From assembly GCF_025699255.1 (NCBI RefSeq), contig NZ_JAILWA010000002.1, positions 164,948 through 196,947 of the forward strand: 32,000 bases of DNA, read 5' to 3'. This document shows positions 31,809-32,000 of the stretch, piece after piece. Position numbers and translations under genes: made by a program. This stretch comes from Nitrosopumilus sp. Its GTDB lineage: Archaea; Thermoproteota; Nitrososphaeria; Nitrososphaerales; Nitrosopumilaceae. Each line of letters starts with the position of its first letter. Position 1 is the stretch's first letter. The notes beneath the pieces were generated by a model, which saw nothing but the letters and a program-made list of their open reading frames with translations, had not been told where the DNA came from and did no database searches.

Positions 31809-32000
31809 TTTCACACTTGTATCTGTAGCCTTACTTGGCATAGGAATCTATGGCCTTGCAGTTAAACGTAACTTTATCAGAATGCTATTTGCCGTTGAAA
31901 TCATAATCAACGCAGCAAATTTGAATATAGTTGCATTTGGTAGATTCTTACCTCATAGTGGTGGCCAAACCATGGCATTATTCTCCATTGCAATTGCTGC
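31789..32000 (+). CDS. nuoK: NDH-1 subunit K, N-terminal part (3' end outside window)
   Basis: My own translation from the ATG at 31789 is MTSELVDFTLVSVALLGIGIYGLAVKRNFIRMLFAVEIIINAANLNIVAFG..., which contains the NuoK motif with the conserved membrane Glu. It overlaps nuoJ by 20 nt. It is absent from the ORF track because the frame runs off the window. Confidence 0.8.
   Translation, partial: MTSELVDFTLVSVALLGIGIYGLAVKRNFIRMLFAVEIIINAANLNIVAFGRFLPHSGGQTMALFSIAIA

Noticed and set aside
1-32000. I searched for CRISPR arrays, transposases or integrases, terminal inverted repeats, toxin-antitoxin pairs, restriction-modification or other defence genes, and compositional islands.
   Set aside because: None found. 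There are no spaced direct repeats and no recombinase-like ORFs. All long ORFs except three (15953-16759, 19986-21101, 22264-22575) match housekeeping families. Base composition looks uniform apart from the GC-rich tRNAs.

Overview
Low-GC (about one third G+C by eye), tightly packed archaeal chromosome. The gene content points to a marine ammonia-oxidising thaumarchaeon (Nitrosopumilus-like); that assignment is an inference, since no search was run. The supporting content is Hel308, Alba, RFC large subunit, an acetyl-/propionyl-CoA carboxylase operon of the 3-hydroxypropionate/4-hydroxybutyrate cycle, an NDH-1 operon without nuoEFG, and archaeal-type tRNAs. I call 40 protein genes (two of them truncated by the window edges) and 3 tRNAs. 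From left to right they are: Hel308 C-terminus; a glycosylation-type cluster (GT4 GlcNAc-1-P transferase, WlbB-like acetyltransferase, Trm112-like protein, WlbA-like oxidoreductase, ilvE); an NMNAT-like nucleotidyltransferase; FNR paralogue 1; tRNA-Ala; a HEAT-repeat protein; Alba; a padR / MHS transporter / PrpB-like lyase cluster; sdhACDB; a DUF59 protein; argH; tRNA-Lys and tRNA-Asp; an Ala/Glu/Lys-rich repeat protein coupled to a HemA-like gene; a DUF1059 protein; FNR paralogue 2; an IMPase; an unknown-protein / rfcL / Cys-rich-protein operon; pccB-accC-accB; bcp; nuoABCDHIJK. I see no CRISPR array, no transposase or integrase, no obvious defence genes and no compositional island, so this looks like core genome rather than an accessory region. 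I did not find a convincing novel multi-gene system. The best leads are: (1) a glutamyl-tRNA-reductase homologue whose catalytic Cys codon is Ala, tightly coupled to an uncharacterised A/E/K-repeat protein; (2) an uncharacterised 371-aa protein and an 11-Cys protein that bracket rfcL and are translationally coupled to it; (3) a 16-nt perfect palindrome between the TATA box and the start of padR, heading a transporter-lyase cluster; (4) two FNR paralogues with an identical 13-nt promoter motif at identical spacing. Most promoters show an A/T box about 22-32 nt upstream of the start codon, which suggests leaderless mRNAs. Several genes are forced to use TTG or GTG starts.
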